Both the position numbers and the translations under genes were made by a program. Under the pieces are notes generated by a model. The model was not told where the DNA came from and did no database searches. It saw only the letters and a program-made list of their open reading frames with translations. Positions 29,765 through 38,058 of a DNA stretch of 64,000 nt are shown here, piece after piece (the stretch's first letter is position 1; every line of letters starts with the position of its first letter). This stretch comes from Candidatus Buchananbacteria bacterium. Its GTDB lineage: Bacteria > Patescibacteriota > Patescibacteriia > 2-01-FULL-39-33. Where the stretch lies: the NCBI GenBank assembly GCA_903888345.1, contig CAISTG010000004.1:6393-70392 (forward strand), written 5' to 3'.

Positions 29765-30280
29765 TTAGAGGTCGAGTAGAATTCGCTCTAGTAAGCCGCC
29801 ACACTCGTGACTCAGCTTAGGATCATGTGGTAATTGTTCCAGTAGTTCTTGCAGTAATTTTCGTTCGCTCGAACTGGTGAAATTGCGATCGCGTTTGATC
29901 GCACCAACAATCACCGACCGTACAAACAGTCGTAGATCGGCATCGCGGCGTATTGCTTCGGCCAGAATCAGTGGATTCAGTTTGGCGACTTCGGCAAAGC
30001 CAACCGGCAGATCACGACCCATAAAACTCGAGCGCAATCCCAGACCGTAGTTCAGGTTACTCAAAACGCACTCGTCAATTCCGCCGGCAAAGGGTCCATC
30101 AAAGATCTGCGGCGGAATAAAACCGCCATAGCCATCCTGATGCAATTTTTGCTCTTTAGTGTAATACATAAACACCTGAAATTCATCCGAACTTTTAAAT
30201 TTGCTGCGGATCAGCTCCTGAAATTTTTTCAGCACTTCAGCAATCATTTTTTCTTTGATTGTCGTCAGAAATTCTTCCAT
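29765..30280 (-). CDS. Hypothetical protein
   Basis: 171 aa ORF with SD AAGGAG, directly downstream of the hammerhead. Confidence 0.7.
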   Translation of the reverse strand: MEEFLTTIKEKMIAEVLKKFQELIRSKFKSSDEFQVFMYYTKEQKLHQDGYGGFIPPQIFDGPFAGGIDECVLSNLNYGLGLRSSFMGRDLPVGFAEVAKLNPLILAEAIRRDADLRLFVRSVIVGAIKRDRNFTSSSERKLLQELLEQLPHDPKLSHECGGLLERILLDL

Positions 30281-30320
30281 TTCGCATCTCCTTTCTCGGT
30301 TAATTGTAAGGTGCAGTACT

Positions 30321-30369
30321 CGATTTCGCTGTTTTCAGCTCATCAGTCCAGGCACACACCTGGAAATCG
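30321..30369 (-). ncRNA. Type III hammerhead ribozyme
   Basis: CGAUU|UCCAGG-UGUGUG-CCUGGA-CUGAUGA-GCUG-AAAA-CAGC-GAAA-UCG: full catalytic core and three perfect stems. Confidence 0.92.
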
Positions 30370-30371
30370 TC

Positions 30372-30397
30372 GAGCAGTTTTAGAACTTGCTCAGGTT
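30372..30397 (-). ncRNA. Compact H-type pseudoknot motif, copy 2
   Basis: AAC-CU-GAGCA-A-GUU-CUAAAAC-UGCUC. Confidence 0.6.
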
Positions 30398-30403
30398 TAA
30401 TTC

Positions 30404-30631
30404 TCAACTTAGCCCCATTACCTCAAGCAGCTCCTTTTCTGGTAAGTTGCGGCAAGACTCACACCAAGTTTCGATCGATTGACGCGTGGTCGATACTCCT
30501 TGACCGCAGCCACAACAAGGCTTGATAACTGGCTCGTTGGCTAGCACATCGATTTTCTTTAACCTTTCTGATGTGCAGTTCAGGCACGCAACTTCGATAT
30601 CATCGCCGCAAGTGCAAGTATGTTTCTTCAT
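30404..30631 (-). CDS. Small Cys-rich (zinc-binding-like) protein
   Basis: CTC, CLNC, CCGC and CESC motifs; ATGA overlap with the upstream gene; SD GGAGA. Confidence 0.65.
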   Translation of the reverse strand: MKKHTCTCGDDIEVACLNCTSERLKKIDVLANEPVIKPCCGCGQGVSTTRQSIETWCESCRNLPEKELLEVMGLS

Positions 30632-30876
30632 GGTGCTTCTCCTTGTTTTTGTTTGTTTTGCTCAATCTGATCTAGTCTTTCCTGTAGGGCTGCCTGATTG
30701 TGCTGTTTAGCAGTTTCATGAAGTGTGATTACCGCTTTAAAGAGGCGCTGTTCTTCAATGACGGCATCCCAAAGTTTGCTTTGAAGTCTCGCCTTTTGTT
30801 CGCGGAAGCATTTCGGGCAGCAGTCGTGCGGGTATTTGCAGGTGCAGTCGGCATTTATCGTGGTTTCGTTACGCAT
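30628..30876 (-). CDS. Small protein with Cys cluster and coiled coil
   Basis: 'CTCKYPHDCCPKC'; SD GAGGA. Confidence 0.65.
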   Translation of the reverse strand: MRNETTINADCTCKYPHDCCPKCFREQKARLQSKLWDAVIEEQRLFKAVITLHETAKQHNQAALQERLDQIEQNKQKQGEAP

Positions 30877-30915
30877 GCTAGTCCTCGCTTTCTTGGTTGG
30901 GTTGTAAGGTTCTAA

Positions 30916-30962
30916 GGTTCAAAAAAACCGGTTGCTTTTTTAGCAATCGGTTTTTTTGAACC
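30916..30962 (-). terminator. Attenuator-like terminator overlapping the leader peptide
   Basis: GGTTCAAAAAAACCGATTGCT-AAAAA-AGCAACCGGTTTTTTTGAACC inverted repeat with U7. Confidence 0.75.
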
Positions 30963-31017
30963 ACCAAACAAAAGTTGGTTTGATTTGTATTTGGTTTTGT
31001 TGGTTTTGTTTAGTCAT
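30940..31017 (-). CDS. Putative leader peptide MTKQNQQNQIQIKPTFVWWFKKTDC
   Basis: 25-codon ORF just after the promoter; tandem TGG TGG at the base of a terminator hairpin. Confidence 0.6.
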   Translation of the reverse strand: MTKQNQQNQIQIKPTFVWWFKKTDC

Positions 31018-31036
31018 AGTTTTTCTATCTATAAGT

Positions 31037-31065
31037 AGTGTATCATAGCTAAAATATTTTGTCAA
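31037..31065 (-). promoter_or_regulatory. sigma70 promoter TTGACA-17-TACACT with extended TG
   Basis: -35 at 31065-31060, -10 at 31042-31037. Confidence 0.8.
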
Positions 31066-31344
31066 GTATTACGACACTTAATAAATCTTTTGCGATAAAT
31101 TTAGCCAAAATATTGATTAAAATCACTTAATAATTTGATATAAATTTACAATAATGTCTAAATAATTTTGAATATTATGGGAAATTGATAACAAGAGTGT
31201 ATAACTAGTTAATTTTTAATTAATATTTGTCATAAATACCGACATTTAAAATACTAAAATATCGATTTGAGTAAATTTAGCCGTTCAAAATATCTATATT
31301 GTGTGATATACTATAATTAAGTAAGAGAAATAATTTACTATTGT

Positions 31345-31866
31345 ATGTCATCAGAAACTTTTGAAAATCAGAATCCCTTGGAAATCGAGCGTAAGTTTTT
31401 AATTCGTCAGCTGCCGACGGGATTAGGGGAGCAACAAGGAGAAAGAATTGAACAGGGCTATCTGGCCATCGATGCCAATTTGACCGAAGTACGTTTGCGA
31501 CATCGAGGCGAAAAATATTATCTAACCGTCAAGGGTGCCGGTATGGTTATTCGTAACGAATGGGAGATGGAGATTCCTGAAAATCAGTTTAATAAATTTT
31601 GGCCGGCGACAATTGGCCGGCGGTTAACAAAAACTCGCTATGAAATACCTTATGAAAATGTTATGATTGAAATAGATATTTATGCTGACAAGTTAAAGGG
31701 ATTAGTAACGGCTGAAGTTGAATTTAAATCGGAAGCAGAGATGGAAAGATTTGTGCCACCGGCCTGGTTAGGTGAGGAGGTAACGACTAATAATGATTAT
31801 AGAAACAAAAATTTAATTACTTTAAATGAGCTCGAAATTATAAAATTATTGCAGAGTAAGTTATGA
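31345..31866 (+). CDS. CYTH-domain (triphosphate tunnel metalloenzyme) protein
   Basis: 'EIERKFL', 'IEQGYL', 'VRLR', 'LTVKG', 'KTRY', 'AEVEF', 'PPAWLGEEVT'. Confidence 0.93.
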   Translation: MSSETFENQNPLEIERKFLIRQLPTGLGEQQGERIEQGYLAIDANLTEVRLRHRGEKYYLTVKGAGMVIRNEWEMEIPENQFNKFWPATIGRRLTKTRYEIPYENVMIEIDIYADKLKGLVTAEVEFKSEAEMERFVPPAWLGEEVTTNNDYRNKNLITLNELEIIKLLQSKL

Positions 31867-33527
31867 GACGCAAATCGCCAGAAACGACCATCAATAATTC
31901 AGAGGTAGAAACACGGGATTTAAGTTCCGAGTATTTTGCCGATGCTTATCCAAAGCCAGAAAAATTTATTGAAGTCCTAGAAGCGACTAATCCGGAATTG
32001 GTAGAAACCTACCAAGGGGTTCTTGCTCTTTGCGAGCGTTTGGTTAGTGAGGGCGGACAGGGATTGCTAGTTGGTGGTAGTGTCCGCGATTTTTATTCGG
32101 GCTTAGTGCCTAAGGATTATGATATCGAGGTTTATCGCATCGAGCTGGATTATTTACGTCAGATTTTGGCCGATTTCGGTGAAGTCAATGAAGTCGGTGC
32201 CTCGTTTATCGTTCTGAAAGTTACCTTGCAAAATGGTGATACGCTTGATGTTTCTTTGCCGCGGCGCGATAGCAAGGTTGGCGATGGCCATAATGACTTT
32301 GTAATCACGGCTGACCCCTCAATGAGTGTTAAAGAGGCGGCGCGCCGGCGCGATTTCACGATTAATTCGCTAGCGGCAAATCCGCTAACCGGAGAAGTTT
32401 TTAATTATTTTGATGGACTAAGAGATCTGAATAATAAGGTGTTAAGGGTGACTGATCCGAAAACTTTTACTGATGATGCTTTGCGAGTTCTGCGTGGCGC
32501 CCAGTTTACGGCGCGATTAGATTTAAATGTTGATCCTGATACTTTCGACTTTATGAAAAGCGTTGTACCAGCCTTAAAAAAGGTATCTAAAGTTCGATAT
32601 TTTGAGGAGTATGATAAATTACTGATTAAGGGTAATCGTCCATCACGGGGCTTGCAATTATTAAAAGATTTGGGCGCTTTAGGTATGTGTCATCCGGAGC
32701 TGGATGTTTTAGAAAGTTTGCCGCAAGAAAAAGAGTGGCATCCGGAAGGGGATGTTTGGAAGCACACTTTGATGGCAGTTGACGCGGCGAGCGAGCATTT
32801 GAATGATTTCGGACTCGATAAAAAACAAAAATCAAATGTCATGCTGGCAACTTTATGTCATGACTTGGGCAAAGCCACCACGACGCAACCCAATCACGAT
32901 AAGCTTAACAGCGAGGGTTTGCCGCGGATTACTTCACATGGACATGAAGAGGCGGGTGAAATACCGACCAAAAACTTTTTGTCGAGTATTGGACTAGATG
33001 CTAAAAATGTTGAATTTAAAAAAATTATCAAGTTAGTAACGGAACATCTATCGCCAACCCTGCTTTATGCCAGTCGCTTTGAAGGTAATAATCGAGTTAA
33101 AGCGGCGGCTGACGGCGCCATTCGGCGTTTGGCCAAAAGAATTTTTCCAGCGACGATTAGGGAGTTAGTGGCGGTGGCAACAGCTGATCATTTAGGGCGG
33201 GGGCCATTTACCGAAGCTGATGGTCAAATCCTCATCAATCTCTATACGGCCGGCACTTGGCTAGTTCGGGAAGCGGAACGACTCGGGGTTGATCGTGAAC
33301 CGGCGCCTAAATTGCTGAGTGGCAAGGATCTTTTGATTCTGGGATTTCAACCAGGGGAAAATATGGGACGCGTTATCGCTTTAGCTGATAATTTGCGCGA
33401 TGCAAAACATTTGACGGAAAATGATGTGTTAGGGGAGATACTTTTCACGAAACCCGAGGGAATTAGCAGCAGCCAGGACGAAGCAGAAGTAATCGCGGCC
33501 TTAGAAAAAATACTTAGTACTGAATAA
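31863..33527 (+). CDS. cca: Class II tRNA nucleotidyltransferase (CCA-adding) with HD domain
   Basis: 'LVGGSVRD', 'DYDIE', 'RRDFTINS', 'DDALRVLR', 'WHPEGDVWKH', 'LCHDLGK'. Confidence 0.88.
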   Translation: MRRKSPETTINNSEVETRDLSSEYFADAYPKPEKFIEVLEATNPELVETYQGVLALCERLVSEGGQGLLVGGSVRDFYSGLVPKDYDIEVYRIELDYLRQILADFGEVNEVGASFIVLKVTLQNGDTLDVSLPRRDSKVGDGHNDFVITADPSMSVKEAARRRDFTINSLAANPLTGEVFNYFDGLRDLNNKVLRVTDPKTFTDDALRVLRGAQFTARLDLNVDPDTFDFMKSVVPALKKVSKVRYFEEYDKLLIKGNRPSRGLQLLKDLGALGMCHPELDVLESLPQEKEWHPEGDVWKHTLMAVDAASEHLNDFGLDKKQKSNVMLATLCHDLGKATTTQPNHDKLNSEGLPRITSHGHEEAGEIPTKNFLSSIGLDAKNVEFKKIIKLVTEHLSPTLLYASRFEGNNRVKAAADGAIRRLAKRIFPATIRELVAVATADHLGRGPFTEADGQILINLYTAGTWLVREAERLGVDREPAPKLLSGKDLLILGFQPGENMGRVIALADNLRDAKHLTENDVLGEILFTKPEGISSSQDEAEVIAALEKILSTE

Positions 33528-33681
33528 ATTTTAAACTCCGCCCTCGTTTGGGGCGGAGTTTTGGGCTTGAGCAATAATTACTTTGTCGTCATTTGTGACA
33601 TTTTTTGCATTAAATGCAGACAACTGATAATATAATAATATTGGTTAAGATTAATGATTTGTCAAAAATTTAGACAGCAAT

Positions 33682-34419
33682 ATGCTATTAGAACAATACC
33701 TACAAAATATCGGACTCGACGATAAAGAGGCTAAATTATATTTGGCGGGCTTACAACTTGGTCCGGCGAGTATTCAGGATTTGGCCAAAGCGGCTAATAT
33801 CAAACGCACCACTATTTATGAAATTGTGGAAACTTTAATTAGCAAGAATTTATTTACGGTAACACAAAAAGGTAAGCGAAAATTATTTGTGGCTCAAGAA
33901 CCCGATAATTTACTGTTGTTTCTCAAGCAGCGCGAAAATATTTTAGAACAGATCATGCCGGATTTGGAATCTTTAAAAAATAGTACGGCGACACGGCCAG
34001 CGATTAGGATTTATGAGGGGGTCGAAGGCGTTAAACAGGTCTATTTGGATATGTTAAAAAAGCCTGGTGAATTATCAATTTTAGCAGCGCCACCGGAAAT
34101 GATTGCTAAAACGATTAGCGACTATCTGGATAAAGAGTGGGAGCCACTGCGACGAAAAAGTAAAATTGCTAAACGTTGGGTTAAAATTAACGACAGCGGG
34201 CAAGTGCGACGAGACTTTACAAAAGAAGAATTTGCTAATAAACTGGAAACAATTAAGTATTTACCGGCGGCGGGCTATCCGTTTACGGTCGGTATTTATC
34301 TCTATCGTCAAAAAACCGCTTTCGTGTCATTTAGTGAAAACGAAATGGTGGCCATCGTTATTCGTAGTCCAGAAATCAATCGAACTTTGAAGTTGATTTT
34401 TGAAATGTATTTCAAGTAA
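33682..34419 (+). CDS. TrmB-family transcriptional regulator
   Basis: 'GLDDKEAKLYLAGL', HTH 'LAKAANIKRTTIYEIV', 'IRIYEGVEGVK'. Confidence 0.88.
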   Translation: MLLEQYLQNIGLDDKEAKLYLAGLQLGPASIQDLAKAANIKRTTIYEIVETLISKNLFTVTQKGKRKLFVAQEPDNLLLFLKQRENILEQIMPDLESLKNSTATRPAIRIYEGVEGVKQVYLDMLKKPGELSILAAPPEMIAKTISDYLDKEWEPLRRKSKIAKRWVKINDSGQVRRDFTKEEFANKLETIKYLPAAGYPFTVGIYLYRQKTAFVSFSENEMVAIVIRSPEINRTLKLIFEMYFK

Positions 34420-34432
34420 TAAAGTAATATTT

Positions 34433-36382
34433 ATGAAACTTAAATCGGTCGAGTCCGGTCCCGTGCTGGAGCAGAATCTCACTCAACAAATCGAAACTAA
34501 TTTGCAGGAATTAGAAAGTCAGCAGACACCGGTGGTGGGCGAGTTGGTAACAATTGAAAATAATCCCGATTACAGCTTTGTCCATTTGCCACCTTTTTAT
34601 ATTCCGCGCTCAACCAAAGAACAATTGGCTTTAGATCGGGGAGTGAAATTAGGCGGCTTAGAATTGGATAGCGGCCGCTTCTTGCCGTTGCACGCTTCAT
34701 TACTGGAGATTGTTAAGCAAAGGATCAGAGAGATTCGGGAAAAATATGCCGGCAGTCGTAAAGACCTGGCCTTGGAACAGCAAAAGCAGGCGGATCTAAG
34801 ACGGTTAGAACAAGAAGTTATCGCCGTTTTGGTGCCGCGGATTGCGAGTGAAAAAAAGCGGGCCATTAATGGTCAACCGTCATTGCAGTTTTATACTCTA
34901 CTAGAAAAGCAAAAGCGGTCTGGCGCTTCGGTGGAAGCGGCGGCAGAAAAACCACCAACGCCGGCCGAAATGATTGATTTAAGCAATTTGGATTTTACTC
35001 AATTAGTTGGCATCACTAATCTCGAAGAATTTGTTGGCACGGCCGTAGCCGAGCAACCAGAAGAGACTCTGGTAAAAGTAAGCAAAAAAGTTGCCGGGAA
35101 GTCCACCTCCGCTTTATTGCCTAATGATTTACAACGTTTACGCTATAACTTAGGTAAACCCATGAAGGAGCGGACGCCTGAGGAATGGTCGGCCGTGGTT
35201 GAAGATTATATTAGGCTAATGGATTATATGCCGCAGTATTTAGAGCATCGTTTGGCGGTTTTGGATTTATTTAGTCGTTATCAAAAAGGCGAACTGAAGA
35301 TGCCCGAGACTATCCTGAGTGTCGCTTCTGGTCCTTATGAAGAGGCACGGGCACAAATGGATTTTGATTATCTGTATCAGGAATTAGATTTAAAGCAACC
35401 GCAAATTATTAATTATGATTTTGTACGCGATATTTTGGTTAAAGGCGAAGCGGGCTATTTGGATAAGGCGGTTAAAGAAAATAAGGATGATCTGGTAGTG
35501 CCGTTTCAAGTGCAAGGTGATATGCGTCAGTTAGCTTTTAAGACGGAGGCCGTGGATATGGTCGAATGCTCTTCATTGGATAATGTTATTAACCATCAAG
35601 AAGATTTAGATCAATCAATTGCAGAAATAGCGCGCGTAACAAAAATCGGTGGCATTATCAGGCTAACTTATAAGGGTCAACTGCCGGAGAAGTTTTATGA
35701 TTTTTTGGAAGCGAGTGGTTTGAAATTGTTAACGGCTCGTCACACCGTATTTCAATTGTCGAAAGCAAAATTAACTGAAATCAAACGTGTTTATGGCGAT
35801 GTCTTCGCGAATAAACTAAAACAGAAATTAAGTCGAAAGGCCGAATATATCATGGCGGTTAAAATTGCCGAGCAACGGGCAGCACCGAATTTGGCGGCCG
35901 CAGTGATAACTGAGTTGCAAACACCATCAGAACCAGCAGCAATTGAAGAAGTGATCAGCGTCAAAACGGCGGAGCAGGAATTAATGGATCAGACGCGCGA
36001 GGCGATCAGAAAAAAACGCGCGGCTGTCGGTAATGATATTCGTTTATCCTTAATCCGGGATGCGGCGGCGGGCTTGTTCTTTCACAATGGCGAGCCCCTC
36101 GAGTTGGATAAGCATAAGATTAACGAGTTAATTAGTTTGACGCATTTAGGCAGTCCGCAACGCCTAGAAACAATCAAACGATACCAGGAATTACCGCGCT
36201 ATTTTCGAATCTCTTTGTTGCAAGAAGAATATTTCAGTGGCTATCAGGACTTAGTATTAGACGGAATATTGGGAGAGGATTTTGCGGCGTTGCCGGGCAT
36301 TGAAAAATTAGCGGAAAAAAATTATCGAGCTTATGAAAAGTTGCGACTAATGTTTAACCAAGCAAGAAAAAATGATAAATAG
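34433..36382 (+). CDS. Large hypothetical protein with central class I methyltransferase-like domain
   Basis: 'ILSVASGP', 'QGDMRQLAF...VDMV', 'EIARVTKIGG'. Confidence 0.6.
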   Translation: MKLKSVESGPVLEQNLTQQIETNLQELESQQTPVVGELVTIENNPDYSFVHLPPFYIPRSTKEQLALDRGVKLGGLELDSGRFLPLHASLLEIVKQRIREIREKYAGSRKDLALEQQKQADLRRLEQEVIAVLVPRIASEKKRAINGQPSLQFYTLLEKQKRSGASVEAAAEKPPTPAEMIDLSNLDFTQLVGITNLEEFVGTAVAEQPEETLVKVSKKVAGKSTSALLPNDLQRLRYNLGKPMKERTPEEWSAVVEDYIRLMDYMPQYLEHRLAVLDLFSRYQKGELKMPETILSVASGPYEEARAQMDFDYLYQELDLKQPQIINYDFVRDILVKGEAGYLDKAVKENKDDLVVPFQVQGDMRQLAFKTEAVDMVECSSLDNVINHQEDLDQSIAEIARVTKIGGIIRLTYKGQLPEKFYDFLEASGLKLLTARHTVFQLSKAKLTEIKRVYGDVFANKLKQKLSRKAEYIMAVKIAEQRAAPNLAAAVITELQTPSEPAAIEEVISVKTAEQELMDQTREAIRKKRAAVGNDIRLSLIRDAAAGLFFHNGEPLELDKHKINELISLTHLGSPQRLETIKRYQELPRYFRISLLQEEYFSGYQDLVLDGILGEDFAALPGIEKLAEKNYRAYEKLRLMFNQARKNDK

Positions 36383-36394
36383 ATAGAAAAAATT

Positions 36395-37075
36395 ATGAAT
36401 TATCAGCAGGTCTTAAAAGCGATCCAGAATCGCGATAGTCAAGACGCACGATTGGAGAAAATCAATCGGGCGAAGCTCTTGAAATTAAAATTAAAGTTGT
36501 ATAAACCGAAGCGTGTCTTGACGGTTAATACTGGTAAAATCGAAGGCGTCGACAAAGTGGCGCAATATCTAAAAACACAATTGAAGAAAGCAGAAAATAT
36601 TATTACGTTAGAGGGTGTTTCCGGTTCTGGCAAATCGTCGACCGCTCAATTATTGGCCGGGAAGATCGGCGCGATTCGTTTTTCGTTTGGGGAGTTATTT
36701 CGCTATCTGACATATTTACGTTTGGTAAAGGGGATTGATGATTTGGAGCCGGTGTTCAAGAAATTACGTTATCGTTATAGCGGGTCAAAGTTATCATTGT
36801 GGCATGATAAGAAAAACGTTTCCAAGGGTTTAGACCGGGAATTGCGCGATCCAAAAATTGAAGCCTTGGTGCCCAAGGTGGCTGAAGTCACGCAAAAGTC
36901 GTCAATCGAATTGTTTGCTAAAGAGATTACGGTGCTGGCAGATTCGGGTCATAAGATTATTATTGAAGGTCGTGCTTTCACTTTAGACTTCTTGCCATCA
37001 GACGCGCGGATTAAATTACGCTGCGCGGCCAGTGTTCGGGCGAAGCGACGCTTGAAGCAAATACAAAAAAAATAA
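36395..37075 (+). CDS. cmk: Cytidylate kinase-like protein
   Basis: 'ITLEGVSGSGKSSTA', 'GELFR', 'IIEGR', 'VRAKRR'. Confidence 0.7.
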   Translation: MNYQQVLKAIQNRDSQDARLEKINRAKLLKLKLKLYKPKRVLTVNTGKIEGVDKVAQYLKTQLKKAENIITLEGVSGSGKSSTAQLLAGKIGAIRFSFGELFRYLTYLRLVKGIDDLEPVFKKLRYRYSGSKLSLWHDKKNVSKGLDRELRDPKIEALVPKVAEVTQKSSIELFAKEITVLADSGHKIIIEGRAFTLDFLPSDARIKLRCAASVRAKRRLKQIQKK

Positions 37076-37117
37076 AAATAAAAACGCCTCGGCTAATTGC
37101 CGGGGCGTTGTTGTCTA

Positions 37118-37669
37118 TTAAAGTACGGTAGCGCCACTTGCCAGTTCTGTAAAGGTTTGGGTGCCGCTGAGCATGCGCCCGGTATAGAGGACGTCCTCAG
37201 TTACTTCTTTGCCAAACCAAATTGGCGGAGCGAAATTTGCAGCCTCTTCCGTGGTGGCAAACTTTACTTCGGCAATAATCAGGCCGTTAAGGCGGTTACC
37301 TTCGAAAACGTCAAGCTCGATTGTCTTGTCGCCATAAGGCAGCCAATAGCGCTTCTTCTGTAGAGCCGATTGCAAGCTATTGCAATGAAGCTTGAATGTG
37401 GCCTCATCAATCTCCACCTCCATCTTGGTCCGGACTAGTCCGTCTTCAAACTTGGCAGAGATGAAGTAGCGTTTACCGAGATGCTCAACGTTACCCGCAG
37501 TATTGCGAATCCGTTGTTCCTCGCGGAAGCGGATGATATTTTCACCATCAATGCCCTGGATAAAACCACTGCGACAGTTAATATACTCGGTCTCGGCAAG
37601 CGAAGGCATTGCTGGCGGCATAACAATAAACTTTCTTTCAATTTCTGTTTTCAGGTGTTCATTACTCAT
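37118..37669 (-). CDS. Second CYTH-domain protein (accessory unit)
   Basis: 'EIERKFIV', 'KKRY', 'IELDVF', 'AEVKF', 'PPIWFGKEVT'; SD GAGGAG before ATG at 37669. Confidence 0.85.
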   Translation of the reverse strand: MSNEHLKTEIERKFIVMPPAMPSLAETEYINCRSGFIQGIDGENIIRFREEQRIRNTAGNVEHLGKRYFISAKFEDGLVRTKMEVEIDEATFKLHCNSLQSALQKKRYWLPYGDKTIELDVFEGNRLNGLIIAEVKFATTEEAANFAPPIWFGKEVTEDVLYTGRMLSGTQTFTELASGATVL

Positions 37670-37799
37670 GACTCTTCTCCTCATTGGTTGGGGACAGATT
37701 GTTAAAAGGGCGGTTGATTAACCATAGTCTTTTTTAAGTATTTTGTCAAGTGTGACTCCTTGATTGACCCTAGCTTATTTTTATGATATAATGATAACA

Positions 37800-38030
37800 G
37801 AATTAATAATAATGTTTGGTTAGCGAGTGACTACAGTATCAGGACGAAAAAGGAGGATTTATTGTAAATTTAGACAATTTGAAATGAATTTTAACTACCG
37901 AAATATAACAATTAAAGCTTGGAAATAAGACTTGTAAAACGGCTCAACCGTTGATTTTTGTTTAATTGATAATTTTGGTTTCAATTCAATTTTATCCTTT
38001 TTCGTTGTTCGGCATGGTTGCCAGTACTGG
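37800..38030 (+). ncRNA. Long rod-shaped RNA upstream of rny (6S RNA candidate or structured leader)
   Basis: Promoter TTGACC-17-TATAAT (37764-37792); ACGAAAAAGGA/TCCTTTTTCGT and CAATTAAA/TTTAATTG long-range pairs. Confidence 0.45.
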
Positions 38031-38058
38031 GTTTTTTCGTGGCCACATAGGAAAAAAT

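Noticed and set aside
28100-31065. Prophage
   Set aside because: Small SD-led ORFs look phage-like, but there is no integrase, terminase, capsid, tail or replication gene
37966-38058. N-terminal extension of RNase Y from the TTG at 37966
   Set aside because: It overlaps the structured leader; the TM anchor begins at ATG 38059
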